DNA from: an uncultured Pseudomonadota bacterium
GTDB taxonomy: Bacteria > Myxococcota_A > UBA796 > SXON01
DNA: 64,000 bases
Assembly (NCBI GenBank): GCA_903844155.1
Contig: CAIMSU010000332.1
Location: forward strand, 3,856 to 67,855
Direction: 5' to 3'
Part shown: piece by piece, positions 52,504-64,000 of the stretch
How positions within the stretch are numbered: the first letter of the stretch is position 1
How the letters are laid out: each line of letters begins with the position of its first letter
Translations under genes and position numbers: made by a program
Notes under the pieces: model-generated
What the model was told of the DNA's origin: nothing
Database searches by the model: none
What the model saw: the letters and a program-made list of their open reading frames with translations, nothing else

Positions 52504-53861
52504 CCTTCGACGACGTGCTCCCCTACCTCGTCGCGCTCGGCCGCTGTGTGTTCGCGGTCGTGTTCGTGATGCAGATCCTCCCGTTGCTGATCTGGGCCGA
52601 GCGCAAGGGCGCGGCGTACATCCAGGATCGTCCGGGCCCCAACCGCGCGCACGTGATGGGCATTCGCGCCGCTGGCCTGGTCCACACGCTGAACGACGTC
52701 GTGAAGCTGATCATGAAGGAGGACATCGTCCCCGGTCACGTCGAGAAGCGGTACTGGGCCGCTGCGCCCGTAATCGCGATGTCGGTCGCACTGTGCACGT
52801 TCATCGTCGTGCCCTTCGGCGACAACTTCATGGGCTACCAGCTCAAGGTCTCGGACATCGATGGCGGCTTGCTCTTCGTGCTCGCGGCCACGGGGATGGG
52901 CGTGTACGGCGTCATGCTGGCCGGTTGGGCGTCCAACAACAAGTTCAGCCTCCTCGGCGGCCTTCGCGCGAGCGCGCAGATGGTCAGCTACGAGCTTTCG
53001 ATGGGGCTTTCGGCGGTGGTGGTGTTCCTGATCGCCGGCTCCGTGTCCTTGTCGGCCATCGCCGAGATGCAGGCGGGCGCGATCTGGAACTGGACGGTGT
53101 TCACCCCGATGGGGTTCATCGCGTTCGTGCTCTTCTGGACGGCTGCCTTCGCCGAGACCAACCGGACGCCCTTCGATCTTCCCGAGGGAGAAGCCGAGCT
53201 TGTTGGCGGTTACCATACCGAGTACAGCTCGCTGCGCTTCGCGCTGTTCTTCATGGCCGAGTACGCGAACATGATCGTCGCCAGCTCGGTGACGGCGACG
53301 CTGTTCTTCGGCGGCTACAACCTGCCGTTCGTGACGCCCGCGCAGCTCCGCGAGCACGCGGACTGGGTGTTGATGGCTGCGGCGCTGGCGGCACCCACCT
53401 TCGTCTACTTCGCGTACGAGGCCAACAAGCGCAAACAACGCCCGTTCTACCAGGCGTTGCCAGCGGGTGACGCGCGCCTGAAGGAGCCGATGGTGTTCGT
53501 CGGCCTGTGGCTCGGCGCGGCGGTCGCGCACGTCGGGATCGGGATCGCGGGCGCGCTCGGGCTGGCCAGCAAGCTCTCGCTGAACTTCATCAGCTTCGGG
53601 TACCTGGAGAGCACCGCGGTCTTCGGTCCGGACCTTGTCACCGCCATCGTCGGCATCACCGTGCTCGCGGCGAAGATCCTGTTCGGTTGCTGGTTCTTCA
53701 TCTGGGTTCGGTGGACGGTCCCGCGCTTCCGGTACGACCAGCTCATGGACCTCGGGTGGAAGCGCATGCTCCCGCTCGCGCTCGGGAATGTCATGTTCGC
53801 GGCGATCTGGGTCGCGTTCTTTCCGACCGGCCTGATCTCCACCCTCTTCGGCAGCAAGTAG
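52500..53861 (+). CDS. nuoH: NADH-quinone oxidoreductase subunit H (453 aa, with internal insertion)
   Basis: ND1-family motifs: AERKGAAYIQDRPGPN, AETNRTPFDLPEGEAELVGGYHTEYS and VRWTVPRFRYDQLMDLGWK. Confidence 0.92.
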   Translation: MTFDDVLPYLVALGRCVFAVVFVMQILPLLIWAERKGAAYIQDRPGPNRAHVMGIRAAGLVHTLNDVVKLIMKEDIVPGHVEKRYWAAAPVIAMSVALCTFIVVPFGDNFMGYQLKVSDIDGGLLFVLAATGMGVYGVMLAGWASNNKFSLLGGLRASAQMVSYELSMGLSAVVVFLIAGSVSLSAIAEMQAGAIWNWTVFTPMGFIAFVLFWTAAFAETNRTPFDLPEGEAELVGGYHTEYSSLRFALFFMAEYANMIVASSVTATLFFGGYNLPFVTPAQLREHADWVLMAAALAAPTFVYFAYEANKRKQRPFYQALPAGDARLKEPMVFVGLWLGAAVAHVGIGIAGALGLASKLSLNFISFGYLESTAVFGPDLVTAIVGITVLAAKILFGCWFFIWVRWTVPRFRYDQLMDLGWKRMLPLALGNVMFAAIWVAFFPTGLISTLFGSK

Positions 53862-53870
53862 GATCCCGCG

Positions 53871-54509
53871 ATGGCACTCCCCGCCGCCCGAAAAATGTCC
53901 AGCGGAATGTCCGCGGGCGAATCCATCTATCTCGTCGAGATGCTGAAGGGCCTCGCCCTGACGATGACCCATATCATCAAGAACATCTTCGATCAGGACC
54001 GCTTCCGGACCGTCGAGTACCCGGACGTGCGTAAGAGCATGACCGAGCGCTACCGGGGCGCCCACCGTCTGCTCCTGCGTCCGGACGGCAAGGTCAAGTG
54101 TGTCGCGTGCATGTGTTGTCCGACAATCTGCCCGGCCAAGTGCATCACCATCATCGCCGGCGAAGATCCGAACGACGCGGCCGAGAAGTTCCCGGTCGAG
54201 TTCGACATCGACATGCTCCGGTGCATCTTCTGCGGGTTCTGCGTCGAGGCCTGCCCCAAGGACGCGATCCGCATGGATACGCGCATCTACGAGATCAACG
54301 CCTACACGCGCCAGGCCATGGTCCACAACAAGACGTACATGGTGAACCTGATGGACGGGCTCAAGCCTCCCGCGGAGGAGTTCTACCGGGCTAACCCGGA
54401 CAATGCGCCGGCGGGATTCGCGGGGGACGAGCCGGCAGTTCCGGTCGGGCAGCCGTTCGTGAACCTCGCGGCCGGCGCCGAGGCCTCGGGCGCCGGGAGG
54501 GCGCGCTGA
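53871..54509 (+). CDS. nuoI: NADH-quinone oxidoreductase subunit I
   Basis: Two 4Fe-4S ferredoxin motifs: CVACMCCPTICP and CIFCGFCVEACP. Confidence 0.92.
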   Translation: MALPAARKMSSGMSAGESIYLVEMLKGLALTMTHIIKNIFDQDRFRTVEYPDVRKSMTERYRGAHRLLLRPDGKVKCVACMCCPTICPAKCITIIAGEDPNDAAEKFPVEFDIDMLRCIFCGFCVEACPKDAIRMDTRIYEINAYTRQAMVHNKTYMVNLMDGLKPPAEEFYRANPDNAPAGFAGDEPAVPVGQPFVNLAAGAEASGAGRAR

Positions 54510-55012
54510 TGTTCGAAGCGGTGCTCTTCTATGTGTTCTCCCTCGTCGCCATGATGTCGGGCGTCGGCGTGGTGACGATGCGGAACCCCATCGCCAGCGC
54601 GCTCTCGTTGGTCGTCTGCTTCTTCTTCCTCGCCGCCGACTACGTCTTGTTGGACGCCCACTTTGTCGCCGTCATCCAGATCCTCGTGTACGCCGGCGCC
54701 ATCATGGTGCTGTTCATCTTCGTCATCATGTTGCTGAACCTGCGCCACGGCGACCAGCTCACGTTCGAGGACATCGGTCGGCGCAGCATCGTTGGCATGG
54801 GGACGGCCGGATTGCTCGCGGTTGGGCTGTTCACCGCGCTCGGTCAGCTTCCGGTGGTGCTGCCAGCGCAGATCCCGGCGGACTACGGCACGATCGCGTA
54901 CATCGGGAAGGCCTTGTTCGAGGGGCCCTACCTGCTCCCGTTTGAGACGGTGTCGGCGTTGTTGACGGTCGCTGTCGTGGGCGCGGTCGTGCTCGCCAAG
55001 AAGGAGATCTGA
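54509..55012 (+). CDS. nuoJ: NADH-quinone oxidoreductase subunit J
   Basis: ND6-like, five TM segments (...[22 protein letters not shown]...). Position within the operon supports the call. Confidence 0.88.
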   Translation: MFEAVLFYVFSLVAMMSGVGVVTMRNPIASALSLVVCFFFLAADYVLLDAHFVAVIQILVYAGAIMVLFIFVIMLLNLRHGDQLTFEDIGRRSIVGMGTAGLLAVGLFTALGQLPVVLPAQIPADYGTIAYIGKALFEGPYLLPFETVSALLTVAVVGAVVLAKKEI

Positions 55013-55320
55013 TGGAGTCGGTCGGGCTCGTGCCGGTGCTCGTGGTGAGCGTGTTCTTGTTTGTGACGGGCGTTGCGGGCGTGTTGACGCGCAAGAACGC
55101 GCTGATCGTGTTCATGAGTGTCGAGCTGATGCTCAACGCCGTGAACCTCTCTTTTGTGGCCTTCGCGCGGCAGTCTGGCCACGCCGACGGCATGATCTAC
55201 GCGGTCTTCGTGATGGCTGTCGCCGCCGCAGAAGCCGCCGTCGGCCTGGCGCTCGTCATCCTGTTGTTCCGCAACCGGGTGACCGTCAAGCTCGATGACC
55301 TCGACACGATGAAGGGCTGA
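55012..55320 (+). CDS. nuoK: NADH-quinone oxidoreductase subunit K
   Basis: ND4L-like, 102 aa. Motif [22 protein letters not shown]. Confidence 0.92.
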   Translation: MESVGLVPVLVVSVFLFVTGVAGVLTRKNALIVFMSVELMLNAVNLSFVAFARQSGHADGMIYAVFVMAVAAAEAAVGLALVILLFRNRVTVKLDDLDTMKG

Positions 55321-55322
55321 AC

Positions 55323-57340
<2,018 letters not shown>

Positions 57341-57344
<4 letters not shown>

Positions 57345-58867
57345 TGCTCTCGCTCGTCACCTTCCTTCCGTTCGTCGGCGCGCTGCTCGTCGCCATTCTG
57401 CCGCAGGGCGTCGCCAAAATGGCGTCGCTTGGGGTGTCGCTGCTTGTGTTGGCCGTCTCCCTGCCGCTTTGGTTCGGCTACGACCCGGCCGGCGCGAACT
57501 TCCAGTTCGTCGAAAACATGCCCTGGATCGATGCCTTCGGCGTGTCGTACCACATGGGCATCGACGGCGTCAGCCTCCTGCTCATCCTGTTGACGACCGT
57601 ATTGACGCCCATCATCGTGCTCGCCGGGTTCTCCGGCGTCGAGCACGGTCATCGCGGCTACTTCGCGCTTATGCTCGCGCTCGAAGGCGCGATGATCGGC
57701 ACGTTCTGCGCGCTCGACACCTTCGTGTTCTACGTGTTCTGGGAGCTCGTCCTCATCCCGATGTACTTCCTCATCGGCATCTGGGGCGGCCAACGCCGTA
57801 TCTACGCGACGGTCAAGTTCTTCATCTACACCGTTGTCGGCTCGCTCTTGATGCTTGTCGCATTCATCGCGCTCTACCATTGGCAATACACGCAGACGGG
57901 TGTCTGGTCGACCGATCTGGAGACGCTGCTCAAGCTGCACATCCCGTATTCGGCGCAGCTTTGGATGTTCCTGTGTTTTGCCCTGGCGTTCGCGATCAAG
58001 GTGCCGATGTTTCCGTTCCACACGTGGCTGCCGGACGCGCACGTGGAGGCGCCCACGGGCGGCTCAGTGGTGCTGGCTGGCGTGATGCTGAAGATGGGGA
58101 CGTACGGGTTCTACCGCTTTGCGATGCCACTTTTCCCGGACGCCGTGGTCACATTCGGGCCGGCGATGATCGGGCTCGCGGTCATCGGCATCGTCTACGG
58201 CGCGCTCGTGGCGATGGTGCAGGACGACGTCAAGAAGCTCGTCGCGTACAGCTCCGTCAGCCACCTCGGCTACTGCATGCTCGGCCTGTTCGCGCTGAAC
58301 GCGCAGGGCGTGAGCGGGTCCGTCTTCCAGATGATCAACCATGGCATCTCCACCGGCGCGCTGTTCCTGCTCGTCGGCGTCCTCTACGAGCGGCGCCACA
58401 CGCGCATGATCGCGGAGTACGGTGGGCTGGCCAAGGTCGTACCGAAGTTCGCCTTCGTGTTTATGGTCGTCACGTTCAGCTCCATCGGCCTGCCCGGCTT
58501 GAACGGGTTCGTCGGCGAATTCCTCGTCCTACTCGGCGCGTTCCAGTTCGCGCCGGTTCCGACCGCGATCGCCGTCAGCGGCGTCATCTTCGGCGCCACG
58601 TACATGCTCTGGTGCTTCCAGCGCATGGTGTTCGGGCCGCTGCAGAACGCCGCGAACGCCGAGCTCAAGGACCTCGTCCCCCGCGAGATGGCGTACCTCG
58701 CGCCGTTGCTCGTCGCGATCGTGCTCCTCGGCGTGTACCCGCAGCCGTTCCTCGACCGCATCAACCCCTCCGTCAACCGCTTCGTCGCTCGCTTCGCCGA
58801 GCATTACGACGGCACGCCCTACAAGCACGCCGGGCCGGTCCCAGGCTGGATCGCGGGGAACCACTAA
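57341..58867 (+). CDS. nuoM: NADH-quinone oxidoreductase subunit M
   Basis: ND4 antiporter-like. Motifs FWELVLIPMYFLIGIWGG, KVPMFPFHTWLPDAHVEAPTGGSVVLAG and VAYSSVSHLG. Confidence 0.93.
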
Positions 58868-60334
58868 ATGCCAACCTTCAACGACCTCTGGCTCGTCTCG
58901 CCCTCGCTGCTCTTGTTCTTCGGCGCGCTCGTCATCATGCTGGCGGAGGCCATCGTCCGACCGGCGTCCAAGTCGGGCTTTTCGGCCATCGCGATGGTCG
59001 TTCTCTTCGCGTCGGCGGGCCTCACCGCCAGCCTCTACGGCAGCGACCCCGCGAGTGCCTTTGGCGGCATGCTGCGCGTCGACAAGTTCGGCCTGTTCTC
59101 CCAGCTCATCTGCCTCATCGCAGGGATGCTCGCCGTCAGCTTCAGCAACGACTACCTCGAGCGCCTCGGCCTGCGGGTGGGCGAGTACTACGCGCTGGTC
59201 CTGTTCGGCGTGATGGGGATGGGGCTGATGGCCCAGGCGAACGACCTGATCATGGTGTTCGTCTCGCTGGAGGTGATGAGCATCTCGATGTACATCCTGT
59301 GCGCGCTCAAGCGGGCGGACCCGCGCAGCGTGGAGGCGGGATTCAAGTATTTCATCCTGGGTGCGTTCAGCTCGGGGCTGATGCTCTACGGCATCTCGTT
59401 CCTGTACGGGGGCGTTGGGACGACGTCGCTGCCGGGCATCTCGGCGTACTTCATGGGGCCGCACGCACCAGGACAGGAAGGCGTGCTGGTCGCGATCGGC
59501 GGGGCCCTGCTGATCACCGGGTTCGGCTTCAAGGTCGCGAGCGTGCCGTTCCACATGTGGGCGCCGGACGTCTACCAGGGCGCGCCGATCACGGTGACGT
59601 CGCTCATGGCCTCGGGCGTGAAGGCGGCGAGCTTCGCGGCGTTCGCCCGGTTCGTGTTCGGTGTCGTCGGGGCGCACGTCTCGGGGTTCACGGGCGTGCT
59701 CTGGTGGATGGCGGCGTTGACGATGGTGGTCGGCAATCTCGGTGCGCTGGCCCAGCGCGATCTGAAGCGGATGCTGGCCTACTCGTCGATCGCGCACGCC
59801 GGCTACCTGCTGATGGCGCTGAGCGCTGCGGCTGAGGGGTCAGCCCGCGCGAACCCGGCGCTGGCGTCGTTGCTCTACTACCTGCTCGCCTACACGTTCA
59901 TGAACGCCGGCGCCTTCATTGTGCTCGCGGCGTTCACGCGCGACGGGGCGGACAACACCGACATCGACGCGCTCGCCGGCCTCGGCAAGCGAAAGCCCTG
60001 GCTGGCGGCCGGATTGTCCCTTTGCCTCCTGTCAATGGCGGGCATCCCGCCGACGATGGGCTTTGTCGGCAAGTTCTACCTCTTCTCAGCCGCGATCCAG
60101 TCCGGCAACGTCGGACTCGCGATCGTTGGTGCGCTGGCTGCGGCTTCCGGCGTCTACTACTACTTGCGGCCCATGGTCTACATGTACATGAAGGACGGGC
60201 ACGCGGAGACGGAGTCGTCGCCCGCGGCGTACGCAGGATTGGCCGTGTCGGGATTTGCGCTGCTTGCGTTTGGGCTCATCCCCGGGCCGATGCTCGCGGT
60301 GGCACAGCAGTCGCTGCAGAGTCTGTTCGGGTAG
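58868..60334 (+). CDS. nuoN: NADH-quinone oxidoreductase subunit N
   Basis: ND2 antiporter-like. Motifs GFKVASVPFHMWAPDVYQGAP and MLAYSSIAHAGY. Confidence 0.92.
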   Translation: MPTFNDLWLVSPSLLLFFGALVIMLAEAIVRPASKSGFSAIAMVVLFASAGLTASLYGSDPASAFGGMLRVDKFGLFSQLICLIAGMLAVSFSNDYLERLGLRVGEYYALVLFGVMGMGLMAQANDLIMVFVSLEVMSISMYILCALKRADPRSVEAGFKYFILGAFSSGLMLYGISFLYGGVGTTSLPGISAYFMGPHAPGQEGVLVAIGGALLITGFGFKVASVPFHMWAPDVYQGAPITVTSLMASGVKAASFAAFARFVFGVVGAHVSGFTGVLWWMAALTMVVGNLGALAQRDLKRMLAYSSIAHAGYLLMALSAAAEGSARANPALASLLYYLLAYTFMNAGAFIVLAAFTRDGADNTDIDALAGLGKRKPWLAAGLSLCLLSMAGIPPTMGFVGKFYLFSAAIQSGNVGLAIVGALAAASGVYYYLRPMVYMYMKDGHAETESSPAAYAGLAVSGFALLAFGLIPGPMLAVAQQSLQSLFG

Positions 60335-60454
60335 CCCCGGGGCATTGGCCGGCGACCCTGCCGCCCCGAGAATCCCACAAGGACCACAGGATCCCCGTCC
60401 GTAGACGATCGTTTGCGCTACGATTGCGCTATACTGCGTCCGACCGGAGTATCC

Positions 60455-62218
60455 ATGCCTACGCCTCGCCTGTTGACCTCGTCCCCCGTTGTCAGCGCCA
60501 TGGTCCTGCTGGCCGTCTGCTCACTCCTGGCGCCCGGGTGCAACAAGGGCACGTCCAAGGACGGTTCGGCCTCCTCGATCCAGGAGACCGCCGGCCTCAC
60601 GTTCACGCCGCCGCAGGCGGGTCGCGGCACGACGGTGGACGCGCGCATCACGTCCGGATCGTCCGTCTTCAGCTTCGACGGGACGGACACGCTCGATCTC
60701 GGCGCCGGCGTGACGGTAAACAGCTTCACCGTCCTCGACGGTTGGACGGCGAACGCGAACATCAGCATCGACCCGGCGGCTGACCTCGGCGCTCGGGACG
60801 CAACCCTTGGCACGTCAAAAGGGTCGCTGGTCATCGGCGGCGCGCTGACGATCACGGACGACTCGTTCACGCTCACCCCCGGCCGCGGACTCATCGGCGA
60901 GAGCCTCTCCGTCGAGATGTTCGGCACCAACACGAAGTGGACCGGCGGGTCGACGTGGGCCTGGTTCGGCGACGGCATCGAGGTCACCAACGTGACCGTC
61001 CTGTCGAAGACGGACGCGATCGCGGACATCACCATCGATCGCGACGCCGTCCCCGGCCTGCGGGACGTGTCGATGGACGCTGGGACGGCCGTCACCACGC
61101 TTTACAGCGGCTTCCAGGTCGACCGCGTCAGCGAGTCCGCCACGTTCGACCCGCCAGAGGCCTACCAGGGCGACAGCGTCGACTTCACGATCACGGGTGT
61201 CGGCACGCACTTCGACTCGACCAGCGCGCTTGAGTTCTGGAAGAACGGCGACCAGAAGGGCGACATCCTCATCGACACCATCACGGCGACGGACGCCGAG
61301 CACATGAGCGGCACGCTGACGGTGTCGAACGCGGCGGAGACGGGCCTCCGGGACGTCCACGCGAACACCAGCAGCGAGGGCGTCGTCATGCAGGACGCGC
61401 TGGACATCCTCGCCACGCCGCCCGATCTCTCGAACGTCGGCATCTCCCTGGCCTTCAACGTCGTCCGCGGCATCGACAACGCGACGGGCGCCATCTCCGA
61501 GCAGGTGACCGGCGAGGCGATCTTCTACATCCCGCTGAGCCCGCCCTGTGGTGCCTCCCCGCCGCCGTCCTCCGGGCCCATGCCGTACGACCAGAACGGC
61601 ACGTTTGAGTTCCCCGATCCCGTCACCCAGCCCGATTGCCCGTCCAACCAGACCGTTGGCGCCGGCGAGCACGTGTGGTTCGAGAGCCCGTGCAACGTCG
61701 TGACGCTGGACCGGCAGGTCGACGCGTCGAGCGGCACGATCTACTACACCGCGGCCCTCACCATGGCCGACTACTGCCCCAACCAGAACTACGACCTCCA
61801 CACGGAGGGCGAGGAAGGCGGGATCGGCGAGTACATCCTCCCGGGCGTTCAACCAACCGTTCCGGCCGACTACACGATGCTGACGCCCGCGCTGTGGGGC
61901 AACTACACCCAGAGCGAGGCCTCTGACTTCGAGTACACGTGGACGCCCGCGCAGACCTACCCGAACGCGATCTTCGCGACCGGCATCGTCGGCACGCTGG
62001 TCTCGGACGGCAAGAGCGGTCAGGTCGCGGCCCTGCCCTGGGACGACGGTGACCACACCTATCTGGCCTCGGAGCTCTCCACCCTGCAGCCCGGAAACGT
62101 GAGCTTCTACATGGAGAGCTACATCAAGGGCACGTACTTCGGGTTCCCGTTCTCCACCATCCAGACGAACATCTCCAACTCGTACATCTACCTCGGGGCC
62201 TCGATGGTGCTTCAGTGA
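60455..62218 (+). CDS. Lipoprotein with three tandem Ig-like domains and a large C-terminal domain of unknown function
   Basis: ATG at 60455, lipobox LAPGC. Three units of about 95 aa share the pattern ...G.GV.V..(F/V)TVL...A.A.I.ID..A..G.RD.... No family recognised for the C-terminal ~270 aa. Confidence 0.68.
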   Translation: MPTPRLLTSSPVVSAMVLLAVCSLLAPGCNKGTSKDGSASSIQETAGLTFTPPQAGRGTTVDARITSGSSVFSFDGTDTLDLGAGVTVNSFTVLDGWTANANISIDPAADLGARDATLGTSKGSLVIGGALTITDDSFTLTPGRGLIGESLSVEMFGTNTKWTGGSTWAWFGDGIEVTNVTVLSKTDAIADITIDRDAVPGLRDVSMDAGTAVTTLYSGFQVDRVSESATFDPPEAYQGDSVDFTITGVGTHFDSTSALEFWKNGDQKGDILIDTITATDAEHMSGTLTVSNAAETGLRDVHANTSSEGVVMQDALDILATPPDLSNVGISLAFNVVRGIDNATGAISEQVTGEAIFYIPLSPPCGASPPPSSGPMPYDQNGTFEFPDPVTQPDCPSNQTVGAGEHVWFESPCNVVTLDRQVDASSGTIYYTAALTMADYCPNQNYDLHTEGEEGGIGEYILPGVQPTVPADYTMLTPALWGNYTQSEASDFEYTWTPAQTYPNAIFATGIVGTLVSDGKSGQVAALPWDDGDHTYLASELSTLQPGNVSFYMESYIKGTYFGFPFSTIQTNISNSYIYLGASMVLQ

Positions 62219-63135
62219 CTGATCCGGCCCGGTCCGCCCGTCGGATCCTCCCTGTGCTGCTCACGCTGTCGTTGGCCACCGGATGCATCGACAACGGCAT
62301 CCACGGCGCGCGCAAGTCCGCCGTGGCAGTCGTGCTCGGCGATTTTGACGACCTGACGACCTCGCTGGTCGCGCTGGATGTCGCGAGTGAGCCCTGGGAC
62401 GGCTTCATCGTGCAAGCCACGTATTCGCCGGCGGACAACCGATTGCAGCGGGGAGATCTGCAGAACCAGGCGGAGGAGATCCTCACCCAGAACGACAGCA
62501 ACACGCTCGTCCTGAACGACTACGGCACCCTGTTTGTCGCCTCGGGAACCCGGGGCTTCGGCACTGTCCAGTACAACGACGCCACGCTCCCCGACAACGG
62601 GATGATCACCGACGCGGCGCTGTCCCACGTCTGTGACTTTGCAAACGAAGGCGGCCTGCTGGTTGTCACCGACTGGGCCTACGATCTCGTCGAGCACTGC
62701 TGGCCGGACAACATCGAGTTCGTCGGCGATGACACGGTCGTGGACGCCGCGCAAACCGGTATTCCGGGGAACGGGGTGCTCGCCACGGTGAACGACTCCA
62801 AGCTCGCGGCGGACGTCGGGGATGTGGTGACGTTGGACTACAACTACAGCGATTGGTCCGTGATCAACTCGGTGTCGAGCGACACCGAGGTCCTGCTCTC
62901 CGGCGACGTGTCGTACCAGCCGTCCGCTACCGAGGCCGCGAAGACGCTCACCGGCGTCCCGCTGCTCGTGCGGTTTGCCCCTGGTGCCAACAAGGCCGGC
63001 CAGGTCATCTACAGCACGTTTCATCTCTCGGCCCAGAACCCGACCTTGCAGCAGGCTATTCTGCTCGACGGCATGACCGGGCTCACCCGCGGCGGCGGTG
63101 GCGTGCCGGACTCCGGAGGCAGCAGTGGCTCGTAG
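62215..63135 (+). CDS. Lipoprotein, unknown function
   Basis: The GTG overlaps the upstream stop (GTGA). Lipobox LATGC. Gly/Ser-rich C-terminal tail. Confidence 0.63.
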   Translation: MTDPARSARRILPVLLTLSLATGCIDNGIHGARKSAVAVVLGDFDDLTTSLVALDVASEPWDGFIVQATYSPADNRLQRGDLQNQAEEILTQNDSNTLVLNDYGTLFVASGTRGFGTVQYNDATLPDNGMITDAALSHVCDFANEGGLLVVTDWAYDLVEHCWPDNIEFVGDDTVVDAAQTGIPGNGVLATVNDSKLAADVGDVVTLDYNYSDWSVINSVSSDTEVLLSGDVSYQPSATEAAKTLTGVPLLVRFAPGANKAGQVIYSTFHLSAQNPTLQQAILLDGMTGLTRGGGGVPDSGGSSGS

Positions 63136-64000
63136 CATCCCCAGGTTCGCGGCCCTGCTCGCGCTCGTTCCGCTCTCGGTCTCCTGTCAGGATCAGGGCT
63201 ACACCCAGCTCAAGCACCAGGACTTCTTCCAACAGAACACCCTGCAGACCGTGGACGTGCTGCTGGTCGTCGACAACTCGTGCTCCATGGTCGAGGAGCA
63301 GAACAAGCTCGCCACCAACTTCGACACGTTCATCCAGTATTTCACGGATGCGAACGTGGACTGGCAGATCGGCGTCGTGACGACCGACATGGCGCAGGCC
63401 AAGTTCTCCGGTCGGCTCATCGGCGGCGACGACGAGATCATGCTCTACGACGCGACCGGGCAGGCCCAGGACAGCGTCTCCTACGACAAGACCTGGCCGG
63501 TGGGCCCCGGCGTGGTCTTCTCGCTGGACCCCAGCTACGACACCGTCACTTCCAACGACTCCCTCGACCACTGGTGTACGACCGTAGCAGCGACGCCCGG
63601 CGCGCCCAATCCGGGCTGCGGTGGCACGGGGACAGGCGCGGACGATCGGCTCGGCAGCATCGTCATCACCGAATTCGTCCCCGACCCCGATCCCGTCGAC
63701 GACACGCTTGGCGAGTGGTTCGAGGTCACGAACATCTCGGCGACGGACGTGGATCTCTCCGGCTGGTCCATCGCGGACACCGGGCGAAACCTCTACACCG
63801 TCCCGGACGGCACCACCATCGCCGCTGGCGGGATCAAGGTCTTCGGGCGGTCGGCGGACACGTCCGTCAACGGCGGAATCCCGGTCGATGTCGCCTACGG
63901 CGATGCATTCACCCTGAACAACCACGATTTGTTCATCACGCCGCAGACGGATGACCCATCGGAGGTCTTCTCCGAGATCGTCGCGCAGGGGACCAGTGGC
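63125..64000 (+). CDS. Lipoprotein with vWA-like MIDAS motif and an embedded lamin-tail domain (partial, runs off the window)
   Basis: This frame is not listed in the ORF track because it has no stop before the window end. GTG at 63125 gives VARSIPRFAALLALVPLSVSC (lipobox). Then VDVLLVVDNSCSM (DxSxS) and the LTD pattern IVITEFVPDPDPVDDTLGEWFEVTNISATDVDLSGWSIAD. The frame stays open with high GC3 to 64000. Confidence 0.7.
   Translation, partial: MARSIPRFAALLALVPLSVSCQDQGYTQLKHQDFFQQNTLQTVDVLLVVDNSCSMVEEQNKLATNFDTFIQYFTDANVDWQIGVVTTDMAQAKFSGRLIGGDDEIMLYDATGQAQDSVSYDKTWPVGPGVVFSLDPSYDTVTSNDSLDHWCTTVAATPGAPNPGCGGTGTGADDRLGSIVITEFVPDPDPVDDTLGEWFEVTNISATDVDLSGWSIADTGRNLYTVPDGTTIAAGGIKVFGRSADTSVNGGIPVDVAYGDAFTLNNHDLFITPQTDDPSEVFSEIVAQGTSG

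Noticed and set aside
60335-60454. Terminator or promoter between nuoN and the lipoprotein operon (GCCCCGGGGC palindrome at about 60337; duplicated TTGCGCTA and TATACT at about 60408-60438)
   Set aside because: The palindrome has no loop or T-tract. TATACT has no acceptable -35 at 16-18 nt spacing. This is suggestive only and not reported as a feature.

Overview
This is a visibly high-GC, gene-dense chromosomal segment with about 60 protein-coding genes on both strands. I found no rRNA, tRNA, CRISPR array, transposase or integrase. A MYXO-CTERM sorting tail, MopE-like Cys repeats, many lipobox lipoproteins and a Ser/Thr kinase all point to a Myxococcota-type genome; that assignment is inference only.

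Housekeeping backbone:
- a complete 14-gene nuoA-N complex I operon (46419-60334, + strand)
- purB, prs, rnhA, rnhB, murJ and mlaEF
- a Ski2/HelY-like helicase

The rest is mostly secreted or lipoprotein genes and accessory enzymes.

Items most worth a second look:
1. A four-gene minus-strand lipoprotein/oxygenase operon (43078-45581). Its centre is a protein carrying all the copper-ligand motifs of eukaryotic PHM/DBH monooxygenases. It sits next to a PSCyt1-like cytochrome c lipoprotein and a 2OG-Fe(II) oxygenase.
2. A single ORF fusing a GT4-type glycosyltransferase to a radical SAM domain with a SPASM/twitch-like tail (40094-42265).
3. A modular family of lower-GC, structured intergenic repeats present at three loci (about 12.4, 14.8 and 30.6 kb).
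4. A eukaryote-like ERG4/ERG24 sterol reductase (14968-16251).
5. An RCC1-like repeat gene broken by compensating frameshifts at poly-G tracts (24673-26012).
6. A solitary gamma-class N6-adenine DNA methyltransferase (18626-20662).

All functional calls come from motif recognition by eye in the supplied translations. No database search, HMM or structure prediction was run, so start codons and family assignments are provisional. Many long ORFs in the track are antisense shadow ORFs typical of high-GC DNA and were rejected.
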